A stretch of DNA of 42,392 bases from NCBI RefSeq assembly GCF_001194135.2, contig NC_068985.1, positions 74,456,425 to 74,498,816 on the forward strand, read 5' to 3'. The translations under genes were made by a program, and so were the position numbers. This document shows positions 25,871 to 40,551 of the stretch, one piece after another. Origin of the DNA: Octopus bimaculoides (lineage: Eukaryota). Under the pieces are notes generated by a model. It was given only the letters and a program-made list of their open reading frames with translations. It did not search any database and was not told where the DNA came from. Every line of letters begins with the position of its first letter. The first letter of the stretch is position 1.

Positions 25871-26957
25871 TATATTTTATTAGTATTGAAAGAAAGAAAA
25901 TTGTGAAAGATGGGTGTATGAATAATTCATTTTTATGATATAAAGATGTTCAAAATGTTAAAAATAACAATACAAATAAATTATAAGTTGTAAATCTCAA
26001 AAAGAAATTGTCAACTCTGCACATCAGAACGCGATAATATTTTTTCTGGCAAAATATTATTAAACGTGAGAGTTGAAAATTTCTCCTCATGGTAACACAC
26101 TCTTAAATATCTATTTTATAAACATCATTAATCATTTTATAATTATTAAAATCACTTATTGTTAGGTTTAATATTAGCAATTAATAATTTACTATATTTG
26201 AAACCGAATTAATTACATCCCTATTAGAACCAGAATTTGTATCTATAATTTTATACATTCTATAATTATATAGTATCTTGCCCAAATATACTTATTTCTA
26301 ACATTTATTTCTAACAAATGCATAATAACTTATATATATCGTTTTTCATTCCGGTGAATCATACAATCTTATTCTTTCATAATATATATAAACAGCATTC
26401 ACTTACCTATAAATTATTACATATCCTTCATTACTTACTTTTCCAGAGTAAAGTAAATTAGTGTATAATCCATATTCGTTTAGTTATCTTTGAATTTAGA
26501 TATCATACTCGGTGTACCTACTAAATCGTTCCAATGTATTTTAGTAACGTATCGACCATAATACATAAATATAGATAATCTGTTTTTCTTCATATTCCTT
26601 AATACGTTATCCCTTACAATGGATTAATCTCCAATTTGCATATTTATATAAGTAATAATCAATGATTACAAACATTTTATACTACCTTATAGCATACACC
26701 CAAATTCATGCTTCCATACACATTAGTAGTTTTTTTTTTATATTTCATTATATTATAGTTTATGTTTTCCTTTTCACCCCCTCGTTCAATTTTTCTTTTT
26801 CTGACATCTTAACAGAACAATTCTAAATATTAAACTCACCAAAATATAACACTCACAACATAACTTTTCTAATAGTATTTATTTATTAAAAACATATAAC
26901 TTTGTCAAATAGTCTTTCTCTATCTCCTCTCTCTCTCTGTCTGTCTGTCTGTCTCTG

Positions 26958-26993
<36 letters not shown>

Positions 26994-27039
26994 GGTATTT
27001 AAATAAGTATGAGTGAGTAAGTATACACACACACACACA

Positions 27040-27078
<39 letters not shown>

Positions 27079-27309
27079 GAGAAATAAAAATGAAAATGCC
27101 ACTTTAAAAAAAAATTGTGGGGGGGTGTTTTAATTAATTTACATTACATGTTTCGGTATTTTTGAAAAACCATATCAAAAATGAGAATAAAAATATATGA
27201 GAAGAGAAGGGGGCTATTAATAAAATAAAATTGGAATTAAAATTAAGAATGACATTCATAGTTTACTGTTACTTCTTGCATGCGCACGTGGTCCTTTCGT
27301 TCCCTTTTG

Positions 27310-28560
27310 AAAGCATGGTAATTCCAACTCACTGTGATAGTATCTACTATCAGGACTCTTTGCATTCAATAAAACAGTGGTCCATAATGTGTTTGTAGTG
27401 TCAGATACCAACATTTGCGCTGCTTGATTGGACGCTTGATGAGATCCGAAACATTGATGTGAAAACCCTCAAAATACTAACAAGCACACATAATTTCCAC
27501 ATCAACAGTGACGTAGACTGGCTCTACCTAAAGCGAAAACAAGACGGCAGATGCTTAACATTGATCTAAAATGCCTTTCAATGTCGCATCAGATTCCTTT
27601 GGAAACATCTTCTAAACACCAAATGTCGGAGTTCATCCGTTGAACAAGTTTGCTGATGACATCATAAGACGTGGAAGGTAGCTCCTTGAGCAACAATCTT
27701 TTTCTGATAATCTAGAATACATGCCCAAAGACGTCGCACGACTCTACCGCAACGTATCATCAGATGAAAGGATGAGCCTATATGAGCAGAAGACTATGCT
27801 TGGATAAGTCATCAGAAAGTAGTTTATCATGGACCAATAGCATCAAAGCAGTTTATCTTGGACCAATAGCCGGATTACTACTTTCTACTTTGAATGGCAT
27901 GCGTTTGCAATCCAGGAAGACGAAATATGAACCAAGAACCTGATGCACAAAAGGGGTAGAGATGCAGGAAAAGCCGTAAAATGTGACAACCGATGCAGAC
28001 TTTTCGGAGTTCATACTTCATCGTAAGTAGTTGTCCGAAAATTTCATCGCGGTATTATCTACCGATGAGACATGATGTTGTTGCTAGGACACTCTATAAT
28101 GAAATCCGTCGTAAGGATAATCCCGAGAACAAAGAAATAAGAGCCCACAATATAGTATAAGCCATAGCCACGCATAATAAAAAAGGAATACAGGTGGAAT
28201 ATACCAGTGAAGACGCCAATTAACTGTACACACAATAGTCGTGATAGAACGATTTGGGATAGAGAAGAGAAACTGTGCACAGTTGTCTAAATTAACTGCC
28301 CAGCGGATGTTTATATAAAGCTGAAAATCAGTGAAAACGAGAACACCTATGGTGAACTATTGAGAAATCAACAACTACTCTGTCCAGATTACAAGCTCAG
28401 GTTTAAACTTGTACTTATTGAGGCTCTGGGATATGTGACGCACTGCCTAAAAACCAATCTTGAGAAATTAGGCTTCTCAAAACCAGAAAGGAGAAAGCTA
28501 ATTCGAATCTATCACTGGAACTGTAAAAATCTGTAAAACTTTTCAGAAGTTTATCATTTA
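27310..28560 (+). mobile_element. 5'-truncated RLE-type non-LTR retrotransposon (R4/Dong-like): RT thumb, zinc knuckle, restriction-like endonuclease; decayed
   Basis: LDWTLDEIRNIDVKTLKILTSTHNFHINSDVDWLYLKRKQDGRCL; FAIQEDEI*TK..CDNRCRL; SSCPKISSRYYLPMRHDVVA; HNSRDRTIWDREEKLCTVV*INCPAD; EALGYVTHCLKTNLEKLGF. Several stops and frameshifts. The 3' UTR probably extends to ~28834. Confidence 0.85.
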
Positions 28561-28839
28561 GATATATAGATATATATGAGCATGTCCAAATATGCAACTA
28601 TAGGCATGAGAATACATACATAAAACATACATATCTGCACATACATACATACATGCATACATACAAACAAACACACAAACAAACAAACAAAAATATTCTG
28701 TTGTTCATGTTGAAATTCCAATGAAGGAGCTTTGCATCTAGGTTCGAAACCGGCTCTTTCTCTGTCGAAAAGAATTCTTGAAATAAACTGCATAATACCA
28801 TACATACGTAAATACATACATACATACATACATATGTGC

Positions 28840-29180
28840 GTACTTATAAAATCTAAAATAACTGCTTAAAATCTTAATTACTGGGAACGTCTGACAGCTT
28901 TGCGTCTCATCTCTCTTGAACGCTGAAGAAAGATACACAATCATACATGCATATTCCAGGCTTCGGCAAAGACTCTCTATTGAACCAGTCTTATATTTAC
29001 AACTCTTCAGTTGATCAAATGCCTGCCTAAAGAAATCAGAAATATAAAAAGAGCTTCTGCTGAAATGTTTGAAAAGACACTGAATAAACACCTAAAACGA
29101 TACGGAGCCAGCTGACCATTCGAACATACAACCATGTAAGATCAGCTGTCACACATTCATTCATAGGCCAACCTCCAGCC
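28840..29180 (+). mobile_element. CR1/L2-group LINE 3' fragment (RT C-terminus)
   Basis: NYWERLTALRLISLER*R...CLPKEIRNIKRASAEMFEKTLNKHL..TIRSQLTI..Y.HVRSA matches the typical YWERL..L.SLERRR and LPKEIRN..FKRHLD.YL..IPDQP endings. Confidence 0.7.
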
Positions 29181-30532
29181 AGAAATCGACAAAAAAAACT
29201 GAAAGAAAATAAACTAAGGTGGTGTTACAGTATGGCCGAAGTCCTACGACTAAAACCACTAAAAGAATTTAAGGTAAATGAGAAGTCTCACACACCTCTA
29301 TGTGAAGAAATGGGAATGCTAACTATAATATACAGCTGTCAATTTCAGATTATCTTATTTGATTAAATATAATCGCATCCGCAAATATATTTTTTGTCTA
29401 TCATTTGTCTGTATATGTAGACATTAATCATGTTTCTATGATGGAGACCCAACATCTGTCAACCTCCTCTATGAGTACAAACATATACGCACATGCGACT
29501 TTTCACTTCACTACGGAATTTACAGCTGACACGAACAAACATCTGTTAGTTTGTTTCTAATATCTCCCTCACTATGAAGAAGATGCCCCACTACCATCCT
29601 AGTAAACGGTTACGTGGTACTCTGTCACCAACATTAGTGCACTTTTACGTGGACACTTAAGCTATGCAACACTTATCTGTAAACGGAAAGCTAAAAAACA
29701 TCATCAGACTAAAATCACGCTACCACATAATTCCACATCTTATCTGCATATTTATCAGTTTTATATATTTCCGAATCTGTAAATTTAGTAGTGCATTTTA
29801 CATTAAAAAAGAAACGGTCATATCTGAAGCACGCCACATTTTATGCAAACAACTTGACGTCATTCGATTTAAGTGGACTAGCCATTCCATCAACCATTTA
29901 TCAATACATAGCACTTGTGCACTACGTGAAGCTGTATGGAAAATGTAACGACAGAAACAATGTTTAGCATCAAGTCTCAGAGACAAGGCACGGGTATTTT
30001 TAAATGTATTGTACAACTTCTTTTGTTCAGATTTCTCAGTTATAACCGGATGTTCAATTATTCTTCTCATAAGATGTCAAATAAATTACAACTGCTGTAT
30101 ACTTATGATGTTGAAAGGATATCTGGTGGTCTTTCATTGCGTAAGGATCCCGAACTATTTCTCATTATCAGCTTAGGACTTTCTCCTGACGAACTACATC
30201 TCTGCATCCCTAATAAGCTCACATTTGTTTGTTGCTGTTTTAGGTTTTATAGCCAGATGTAAGAAGGGATTTTTATATACGTCCTTATGACTATTCTCTC
30301 CAGTTTTATTCATTGTCATTTATTTGTAGATATCTTTACTAACGACATAATCCATACTGGCCCCCTTAAATATTCGACTTAGTTTACTTAACGTGTTCGC
30401 AACAAATGCAAAATTCCATTGCAAAATTGATTTCTCGATCACCTAAATTCTCCATTTTTTCCATCAGTTTCATGCTGCAAACTGGTGGCATTTTTCGAGA
30501 CTGTCACTCTTTCGATATTTGTTTCTTTTAAA

Positions 30533-30750
30533 GGCGGCGTGCTGGCAGAAACGTTAGCATGCCGGACGAAATGCTTAGCGGTGTTTGTCTGACTTTACAT
30601 TCAGTGTTCAAATTCAGCCGAGGTTGACTTTAGCTTTTATCCATTCGGGATCGATAAATTAAGTACTAGTTGCGTACTGGAGCCGATCTAATCAACTAGT
30701 CCTCTCCGCCAAAATTTCGCCCTTGTACCTAGAATAGAAAATAATATTTT
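30533..30750 (+). mobile_element. tRNA-derived SINE, family 1
   Basis: GGCGGCGTGCTGGCAGAAACGTTAGCATGCCGGACGAAATGCTTAGCGG..., collinear with 4114-4332 including the tail. Confidence 0.88.
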
Positions 30751-31761
30751 CTCTTTTAGTTAACTAAAGCATCGAACAATCTTTTCAATCATAACATTAA
30801 TAATACCTAATACATATTAGTAGTCTTGCTTCTGACCTTAATTTGACAACTGTTTCATTTGCATAACGAATATTACTTTTCTCTGATCTCTCCGTGGAAA
30901 ACACTTGTTGGTTAACGTACAACACTGTTAACAAATAATCTTATGATGTCACCGCTCCTTATCGGTATATTCAAATATATTTGCTGCTGCATACGCCCAG
31001 GTAAGACTTTCAAAAGATTATTTCAAGTTTATTTAGGATTCTCGCTTCTTGTACGAGATTTTCGAGTTTGATTTGAGGAATAATTTCATGTCATTCCTGA
31101 TTGATTACAGCTATTTTCACAGATCTCATACAGTTGTCAACCATATCTTTTTCAACCAGATTTTCGTAGACACTATACAATTTGTCATTTTTTTCTTAAT
31201 TATGATTCTATAAGTGATTCCAGAGAGATTCATTTCATATATCTATCAGATTTCGCGAACCTCCAGAGGGACCTTTGCTGATTACTCGATGATATGTTAC
31301 AATTACTTCCATATGCTTTTTTAAAACACCGAGATAGAATGAATTCTAATGGATATATACTTAACAACGCTGTTCGGAAAGTTATTCTACTTAAGTAATT
31401 GAACGAACCGATTACAACACATCAGTCGCAGATCAATGTAATATTTGACTATAAATTTTTTTAAAGGTAACTGATGCATTCCAGTTGTTTTAATGAAAAA
31501 ATATTAAACTTCATTAGCTTTTCAGGAACGCGATAATGCTTTTAACACTATTGATTAGCTTTAGTTTCAGCACTGTAGACAAAATCGTTCACATACACAA
31601 TAAACTTCCAAGCGTCAAACAACTGAGCACAGTAGGGTGTTTTAGAAGACATTGCATGCTCCACATCAAATACAGACATGCACCTTGAGGCTTTTTCCAG
31701 TCATCAATTTTCAGTCACTTTTCTCATTCCTCTCTCTTCCTCTACTGCTCAGTCCCTCTTA

Positions 31762-31795
31762 TCTCTCTCTCTGACTCTCTCTCTCTCTCTCTCTC

Positions 31796-31857
<62 letters not shown>
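31762..31857. repeat. (CT)n microsatellite
   Basis: CT array with two GA interruptions. Confidence 0.95.
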
Positions 31858-31858
<1 letters not shown>

Positions 31859-32039
31859 ATATAATTGTATATATGATTAGATATGGGTTACGATAGTTGT
31901 TATCTTAATAACTTATGTTAGAGTTTAGTGAACAGATGCATTTTACAGTTCACAAAGTTGTATATGTTTCCGCAAATTATCATTGGACGTTATGGGTTTA
32001 TATTGGTTTCGATGTTGACATTTCGGGAAAAGGGGTTAG

Positions 32040-32205
32040 TTCATGACATAGACCCTTACTGCTCAGCTGGAACTTATTTCATAATCTCCGAAAGGATGAA
32101 AGGCAAAATAAACCTCTGCAGAATTTGAGCACAGAACATAAAGACGGACGAACTGCAGCAAAAAAAATTTGTGAGATGTGCTAGAGATTCTGCCACTTCG
32201 CTGCC
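32040..32205 (-). mobile_element. tRNA-derived SINE, family 1 (decayed)
   Basis: CTCCGAAAGGATGAAAGGCAAA...GAATTTGAGCACAGAACATAAAGACGGACGAA...GTGCTAGAGATTCTGCCA. Confidence 0.75.
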
Positions 32206-35200
32206 TTTGTGTTTCTATAAATTTTTGTAAAGCTTATGTTTGCTCGATAAAAATGTTTGTGTATTCATTTGTAAATACTCGTTCATCATAACTAACATCG
32301 AGCATCTATCAATAATACCCCAATCCAACACCATTCTTCCAGCATGTATTTTGCTTTATCAAATATAAATATCAGTGTATTTGTTGTTTTTATACTATAT
32401 TTTTATCTCGCAATCGACGCCAGAATAATAGCTATTAATATTCATAATAGAAATATTTCAGTTCTTCGAAACCAGCGAATTAACATCTCAATATTGTCAG
32501 GCATGACTGGAATCGGCTGTTGAATAAATATTAAACAAATTATCTAGGGATTTTGATACACACGTAATAATTTAGTGTTATCCGTAGGTTTTGTTTGAAT
32601 CCAACCATAAGCAAATTATTCCAGGTATAACATATATTGACTTTCTGTAATTCTTATTTGCGATATGCCTACATATGAATAAAATTCCAACGATTTATTC
32701 AAATTCATTCATTCAAAAAAAAAAGAAAAAAAAAACAAGAAGCACATTAAATTGCATCTTCCTTTGTTATCATATGAAAGCTGACTGTAAACATTCAGGG
32801 GAAGAAATAATGAAGCTTCCATTTCAGAATTTAAATTTTATTTCATTTTTCTGTATGTTATCTCTGCAAAATATCGATTTACTTAGAATAATATATTAAT
32901 AGGAATTGTTTTTTAAGGAGGAATGACCTATTAAAAAAAAATATCATTACATTTGAACCCACGATGCTACACAAAATTTTTAGAGTTTAGAAAAACCTTG
33001 GCACTTATCATCAAGCGGTGTATCGTCTACAATTCGAAAGAATGAAAAATTTGTTTACAGTCGACTCATATAAAACTATACTAATAACCGAGACTGCATA
33101 AATAATATAACACTTGAGTGTTTTAATTCGAATTTCGAGGAAACGGCCTGTAAATTGTAACTAGATTAACAGTATCTCTCTCTCATCTATCTATACGTGT
33201 GTCTGCCTGTAAATATATATNNNNNNNNNNNNNNNNNNNNNNNNNNNNNNNNNNNNNNNNNNNNNNNNNNNNNNNNNNNNNNNNNNNNNNNNNNNNNNNN
33301 NNNNNTATATATATATATATATATATATGCGTGTGTGTGTGTGTAGACACACACATAGACACGTGCGCACACACATAAATACGTACATACAGACATATAT
33401 ATATACATATATACATACATACATAAATACATACATACATACACACATACACAAAGCTAAAAGTATGCTTCACTTATATGGAATATTTCTAAGGTTTGTA
33501 CAATAATTCTCATAAAAGAATTTGATATTTTCCCTTCATCTAACACCAATTTAGACCTAACGAAGGCGTTTACGCACAGCTGCTCGAGTAGATAATACGA
33601 AATGCATTCAATCGTTGACCAACAATCATACTTTCCTTTTTTTATTAAGCAGCATATGTACGATTACCTCATCTATGTTACTCAGAACTTAGGGCTCTAC
33701 GGTTTCATTGGAAAACAATATTATGCTGCTAAACACTTTTAGTCAATTCTCAAAACACACCTACACAATATATATGTGTACGCATTTATTTGAATTTGAA
33801 TTTTATATACAAGGAATACAATTCAAAAGATGTTGCATAGCATACGAAATATGGACTCCACCATCTGGCAAAAATTCACTTAATAAATACTATGTACTGT
33901 TGTCAAGTTCACAGTTGATATTACCATACATTCACTATGGATACAAAAATAACCTCTTCAGACTGACCCACAGTTACATAATCTCACATATTATGTCGAA
34001 TTCAAATTTTATCATCTGTGTAGCTTCTCACACCAGTATTTCCCTATCAATTTGTCCGTGTCCTCATTTCTTTACATCTTGTGGGTATTAATATTTTGGA
34101 GAACGACGGAAAAGCAGAGCTGCGTGCCCGCACATGACGAAGAGAAAGGGGATGACTAATAAAAACCACAACGTTCGTAATTGAGATTGGAAATCGTGAC
34201 TCAAGTGTCTCGGAGTTTGCGATGCAGAGACTGGTAGTTCAAAGGATTAAAAAAATCACACACACACAATTACGCACACACAAACACACACGCACAACAA
34301 AGTCACACACACACATGCACACACGAACAAAATGCCACAAGGCGAGAAAAGAAGAAAGACGTAGTCTGAGTCGTTTTTTTTTTACTATTTTATCATAGGT
34401 CTTTGTGCATTTATCAACCGGCCTGAAAATTAAATGAGCGGTGCAATTGTGGTCTCATATTTGTGAGAAGACCATCAGAGATCCATAAAATATTTTCTGA
34501 TTCGAAAGAAGGGATTTAGTTTTCGCTACGCAGCTTTACCATTAGTTGAATATCTTCATGTGAAGTTTAGCAGTTCTTTCACTTTTACGTTCTATCGCAA
34601 ATGCAGTGAAATAATTTTACCTTTGTATGTGAGGTGTTTATATGTTTTAACCACAACTTCTATTATCTCCATTAAATGTAACTTTAATGTAAGATATCCA
34701 AGTTTGATCTGTGAATTTCGTATATTTGGTAAGTAGTATTATTATGTGGATTGGATATTGATGTGAGTGTATTCTTTGTAGTCAGGGTATGATGAAATAC
34801 AAGAAGAAAATATATGTCTAATGATGAGAAGATTATTAAAGACGCGTGAATTTACGACTTACAGATAGAATAGACCTGATTACTGAGAAATATCCAAGAA
34901 AATGGAGACAAGTCTAATTGTTTTTAATGATTGCCAATGAAAAGTTTCATCATATCTAGTTACTGAGAGCTAAACGTTTATAATTCCAGATAACAGTGAG
35001 GACAACATATATTTTCTTTGAAATAAGAGTATATCAGAAGATTGGTATTTCGATATCTCGAGGACAATATATATTAGAAGAAAATGCTAAAGCTGGGTGA
35101 AATGGTATAAATGCTAAGAGGCAAGTCTGCTATGGAATATTTGAAGAAATTATAGTATCACTGTAAATATATATCAAGTTGTTTGGTTAGAATGACAAGA

Positions 35201-36926
35201 GAACATTTCCTCGTCTGTCAGCTGAAAGATGCGAGTGTAGTAAATGTGAAAATGACATTTCTAAGAGTTTTGATATATATAAATAAAAAATTAAATTCTA
35301 GGAAATTTTAGGCAATGATCGATGGTTCTTGAAATAAAATATAAAACTCAAGAGCATAGTCAAATTGTAGTTAATCAATGAAACAGATTCTTATTGAACA
35401 CATAAAAATCTAGATGTTTGGGCGAGGAAAAGTACCTTTGCGATGGTACTAACATACTTTAACATCTTTCTACCTTCATAAAGTAGAAGCTACTTGTGAA
35501 TGATACGATATTTGCGCTATTTAGGTGAGTATGGAGTATGTGGACTTGACAATCTTCATAACCAGCATAGGATTGTCTTAATACAGCGATTTGTGTAGTA
35601 AGAAAGTATAGAAAACAGAATAGAAATCTATAGATAAGATGGGAGTTTGTAAGGACAGAAGCAATTAGTTTAGTAAAGGCAGCCAAAGTGTCAGTGGTGT
35701 AAATGACCATCACATTTTTCTGGAATCAAAAGAATTTTTGCGTTTATTAAAATTTCTTGGTATAAAGGCTAAAACATCCTACAACGCCTGCTTTAAATAC
35801 TCGTGTGAGAAGCCAGTGGACTGGCTAGGAATATCTGCTCTACAAAAGATTTATTGTCACAGAATACATGTAGAGTCTTAGACCCTAGTGAACGGATCCT
35901 GCTCATTATAATTGTCTGGAAGAGCCACGAATTAGTGAGAAATCCAAAATCAAATCTTTGCCGGATTATGGTGTGCGTGAGCTATTCGACTCTTGCTAGA
36001 TATGTACAGTGTTCCAGTAACTATTACCTCAAATATTTTGGGAACCATAGAGTTTGATAGGAAACAAGGCTATTTGCATCACAATCCAAACCTGTCCCTA
36101 TTCTAGATAAAGAAAAACACATAAATGATCGATAATGATCAATATTGCACAGAACATGTGAGAAGTAAAGGATCTCACTTTTATAGTCTGTCCTGCGAAC
36201 ATTTTCGACGAATTCCACTTCGGCGTGCCAACGTCTTAGGCAAGTACGAAATATGCTGCAGCAGGACTTATCAAATTGTTTTATCTGCGTAGACATTTTA
36301 GCCGAGGTTAATGCGTTCAGGAATATAACACACAATCTAGTACCTAGTTAGTTCGCGATGACACGATGGTAGGGAAATATATTGTGAACAATATTGAAAG
36401 GATTACACAGATATTCATTCATCTTTAGATTAGCTCGTAGCAAATTTTAAAAAAATCAATTTGGAGAAAAAAGTAGTACGTCATGAAGAGAAGCTGCTGC
36501 TCCGCAGTGAATCTGCCGCGAGGCAGAAGAAAATAGCAATGATGGCTTATGTGCATAGTTACACTCTCAGCATGCGCCTGTAAGCTGAGAGATACATATC
36601 AATGGAGCGTAGTTGCCTTTTGCAGATATACGTTTGTTTTCTAGGATTGATTGATTGATTGACCTGATGTAACTCTTCCCTCACCTGGACTCAGTGTAGT
36701 AATATCTATCTCCTGAATACTTTCTCATCATCGTCGTAGTCGTCGTCGTCGTCGTCATCATCATTCACATCATTATTATCATCATGTTTAGCATCATAAT
36801 CATCGTTGCCATAGTCACTGGTGCTACCGTTACCGTCATCATCAACATCCATGCACTTCTGCAGTTTACATAACATGGCAACGACTGATTTTATTTCAGG
36901 TCATACTGTATGAAGCTATTAAATTT

Positions 36927-37036
<110 letters not shown>

Positions 37037-38189
37037 GAAAAATATACTTTGAAAAATAATATGGCTTGTAAATTAAATAACGTGAAAATTGTGAACCAAT
37101 CTGAGTTCACATTTTCTTTCCTTCACTATACAAAAGATCATGTACAGCGCTCCAAAAACTTTTTTATCTTGAGCCATTACTTTTAAGTGTACGGGTAGAT
37201 GGAACGCAAATATATGAGCAATTTTATTAGACCATAAATTTCGACATGTTTGTTTTATACGAAGCTGAATGTGTGAAAACGTTATTAGATCCTTGGAATA
37301 ATTGTGGGTTTCTAATTATTCCTTCTGAGTAAGACTGTCCAAATATCTGTTGAGTTGACAGAAGCCTTTGTCTTTATACATACATGCATGCATACATGCA
37401 TACAAATATACACATATATGTATACACACACACATATATATATATAAAAATATACACGCTCAAACACAAGCACACACACATACGCATATATATATATATA
37501 TANNNNNNNNNNNNNNNNNNNNNNNNNNNNNNNNNNNNNNNNNNNNNNNNNNNNNNNNNNNNNNNNNNNNNNNNNNNNNNNNNNNNNNNNNNNNNNNNNN
37601 NNNNNNNNNNNNNNNNNNNNNNNNNNATAGATAGATAGATAGTCAATCCAGACATGAACAAGCAAGAAAAAACAACAAGGCGAGGACGTGGAATAAGCAC
37701 AGTTTAATTGAACGCCCAGGAAAGGAATGAAAAGAAAGAGGATTTCACATTTCGAGGGATATATATATATATATATATATATATTACAGGAATACCTGTG
37801 GTTGAGAAGTTTGTTTCCCAACCGCATGGTCCATGTTCAAACTCCCTCCTCTTAACGACTGTCTCTACCTCCTCCTTAAAAAAGCAACTTTTTATTTTAT
37901 TTTCATTTAACTTATTTTATCCTCTCTCCTACCCACTTTTTTTTTTACTGTTTTTTCGATTTTTTATCGTTTTCTTCTCTCGAATTGTTCAACTTTTTAA
38001 TTGCATTAATTTTTTTTTAAGTTTTAATTTTTATTTTATACCTTTAATTTTAACTCTTTTATTTGTTTATCTTGTGTGTGTTCTTTTTGGTAATTTTCAT
38101 TCATTTATTCATTTTTGCATATTGTACCCTCCCCTCTTAATCGATCATATTTTATCATATTTTATTTTTTTCTGTATACACGTGCTCAT

Positions 38190-38560
38190 GCATACATACA
38201 CGTAAATATATACACACACGCACAAATACATGTACGGCCACAAACATACACTTACGCACATACACACGTACACACGCGCATACACGCGCACACACACACG
38301 CACGCACACAGAAACGCACATATACCACCACACATACAACCTTACGCACACACTCACATACACAAAAGCGACACACATGAACGAACACATATCTTCTACA
38401 CACACAGCACACACTCATACACACACGCATACACACACGCACATACACACACGTTTACATATTCAACAGGCACACACTCTGACGCATGCACACACTACAC
38501 ACAACACATACACACATACACACCCAACATATATATACATGCATACGCATTTATACACAC
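38190..38560. repeat. Degenerate (CA)-rich low-complexity tract
   Basis: Imperfect CA/CG/TA arrays. Source of the His/Thr-rich spurious ORFs. Confidence 0.85.
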
Positions 38561-39276
38561 GCACACACTTCAAACTGCCAGTCAGACAGCTTTCTACTGA
38601 TCATTCCTCTACGCACATGTGAAGAGACACACAACTGAACACAGGACCACTACTCCTGTTACTATGCTGCTGAATTCTTCCTACAATATTAAGGGACACA
38701 AATTTCTCTCAGACATACACATATAATCACCACACACACAGCACATACACGCATACACACAATTACACAACACACAACACACGCAACACATACACATATG
38801 CTATTACACACATACGTCCTTCTCTTACACCCTCCTGTCGTACAACGAACTTTTTCTTCACCCCTTCCTTTCTGGACATTTCAAAATGTAACCCCACATG
38901 TGAATCATTGGCGATTTCGTCCCTTGCGTCTCTCTTTTCTATGGGACTTTCCTTTGTTTCTGAAACGTTAAAGCACCTTTCTTTCCTTTCCTGAGCGTTT
39001 GCTGATACTTTACATGTTCCACGTCCTATATATGTACGCACAGACACAGACTCACTTAATCACAGGCACCCAAACATAGACATATATTGTATATATATAT
39101 ATATATATATATATNNNNNNNNNNNNNNNNNNNNNNNNNNNNNNNNNNNNNNNNNNNNNNNNNNNNNNNNNNNNNNNNNNNNNNNNNNNNNNNNNNNNNN
39201 NNNNNNNNNNNNNNNNNNNNNNNNNNNNNNNNNNNNNNNNNNNNNNNNNNNNNNNNNNNNNNNNNNNNNNNNNNNN

Positions 39277-39349
<73 letters not shown>

Positions 39350-39905
39350 GTACATACATACACACACACTCACACACGTAGACACAAATTTATACGTATG
39401 TGTGTATTTGTGTATGTATGTGTATATGTGTGTGAGTGTGTGTGTAGGATTTTGTATACGAACCTATAAACCTAATTGTTTTAAGAGAAGAAATATTATT
39501 TTGCGAAAGTATTCATTCCTACCCTAAAGTCAAGCTTACACTTAATATACATTTTGATCAAGCGGTGAATAATGTGAAAATTCATTTCCAGCATTTGCGA
39601 ATTATGTTCTCGAAATTCATTGATAACATGAATAAAGAAAACATTTTGTTATATACTCAAATTAGACAATTGTCAAGGGATAAGTGATTTGAAAGATATT
39701 TTTTGTGAATGCAAGAATACTGGTATCAGATAACTGTTAATTAGGTCATTATCTGTGAAATACTCTTCATACGAATACGACAATCTATGTAACATATAAC
39801 TATAAATACGTACAATTTGGACAGTAGAAGATATATATGACAAACCATAGCGTAAAAGTGAAGAAGGAAATCTGTTTAGTCATCTCAATAAATGTCTGAA
39901 AATAA

Positions 39906-40195
39906 GGCGGCGAGCTGGCAGAAACGTTAGCATGGCGGGCGAAATGCTTAGCGGTATCTCATTTTTCTTTACGTTCTGATTTCAAATTCCGCCGGGCTCG
40001 ACTTTTCCCCTTTATCCTTTCGGGGTCAATAAATTAAGTACATCCCCGTATACTAGCAGTTCAGCATAAGAGACCGTTAGAATAAGTACTAGACATTTCG
40101 GTGTTGATAAATTAAGTACGTCCCGGTAAGCTAGAAATTCAGTAAAAGAGACTGATAGAATAAGTATTAGACTTTTAAAAAATAAGTGTTGGGGA
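39906..40195 (+). mobile_element. Chimeric SINE (family 1 head + family 2 body) with a 78-bp tandem duplication
   Basis: Family 1 head up to ATAAATTAAGTAC, then a family 2 segment. Units 40018-40094 and 40096-40172 are homologous. Confidence 0.75.
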
Positions 40196-40510
40196 ATATA
40201 CAGTACAACTGTTAGGACCAACCACATTGCAATATTGACAGCCTATGATACAAATGCTGAGTGTCACTACAATCGGTTCTAAGTTTGTGTCACAATACAA
40301 ATCAACAAAACTTTTGAATCTCACTGTTGAATGAATACATTACAGTGTAATGATGTATTCAATTTACAGATTTGTTATAGTATATATTATTGGAGCGACA
40401 GTAAGTTATGTATGCAAAAACACACGTATACCAGTAAGGTTATTTCATATGCGTGTTTGGTCTTAGTTATATCATAAGCAGATAGATAGATAGTGAGAGA
40501 GAGTGAAAGA

Positions 40511-40551
<41 letters not shown>

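Noticed and set aside
27426-27455. TTGATGAGATCCGAAAC hammerhead-like string
   Set aside because: It lies in R4-like coding sequence (LDEIRNID), with no room for stem II and no stem I.
28712-28760. CCAATGA...GAGC/GTTC-GAAACCGG hammerhead-like motif in the LINE 3' region
   Set aside because: Two core mismatches, a broken stem III and an out-of-register stem I.
33708-36335. ORFs 33708..34091, 35459..35713, 35854..36057 and 36024..36335
   Set aside because: No recognisable domain or splice context, and lengths are compatible with chance.
36564-36591. 8-bp hairpin CTCTCAGC/GCTGAGAG
   Set aside because: Too short to be significant in 42 kb, and no pre-miRNA-length stem.
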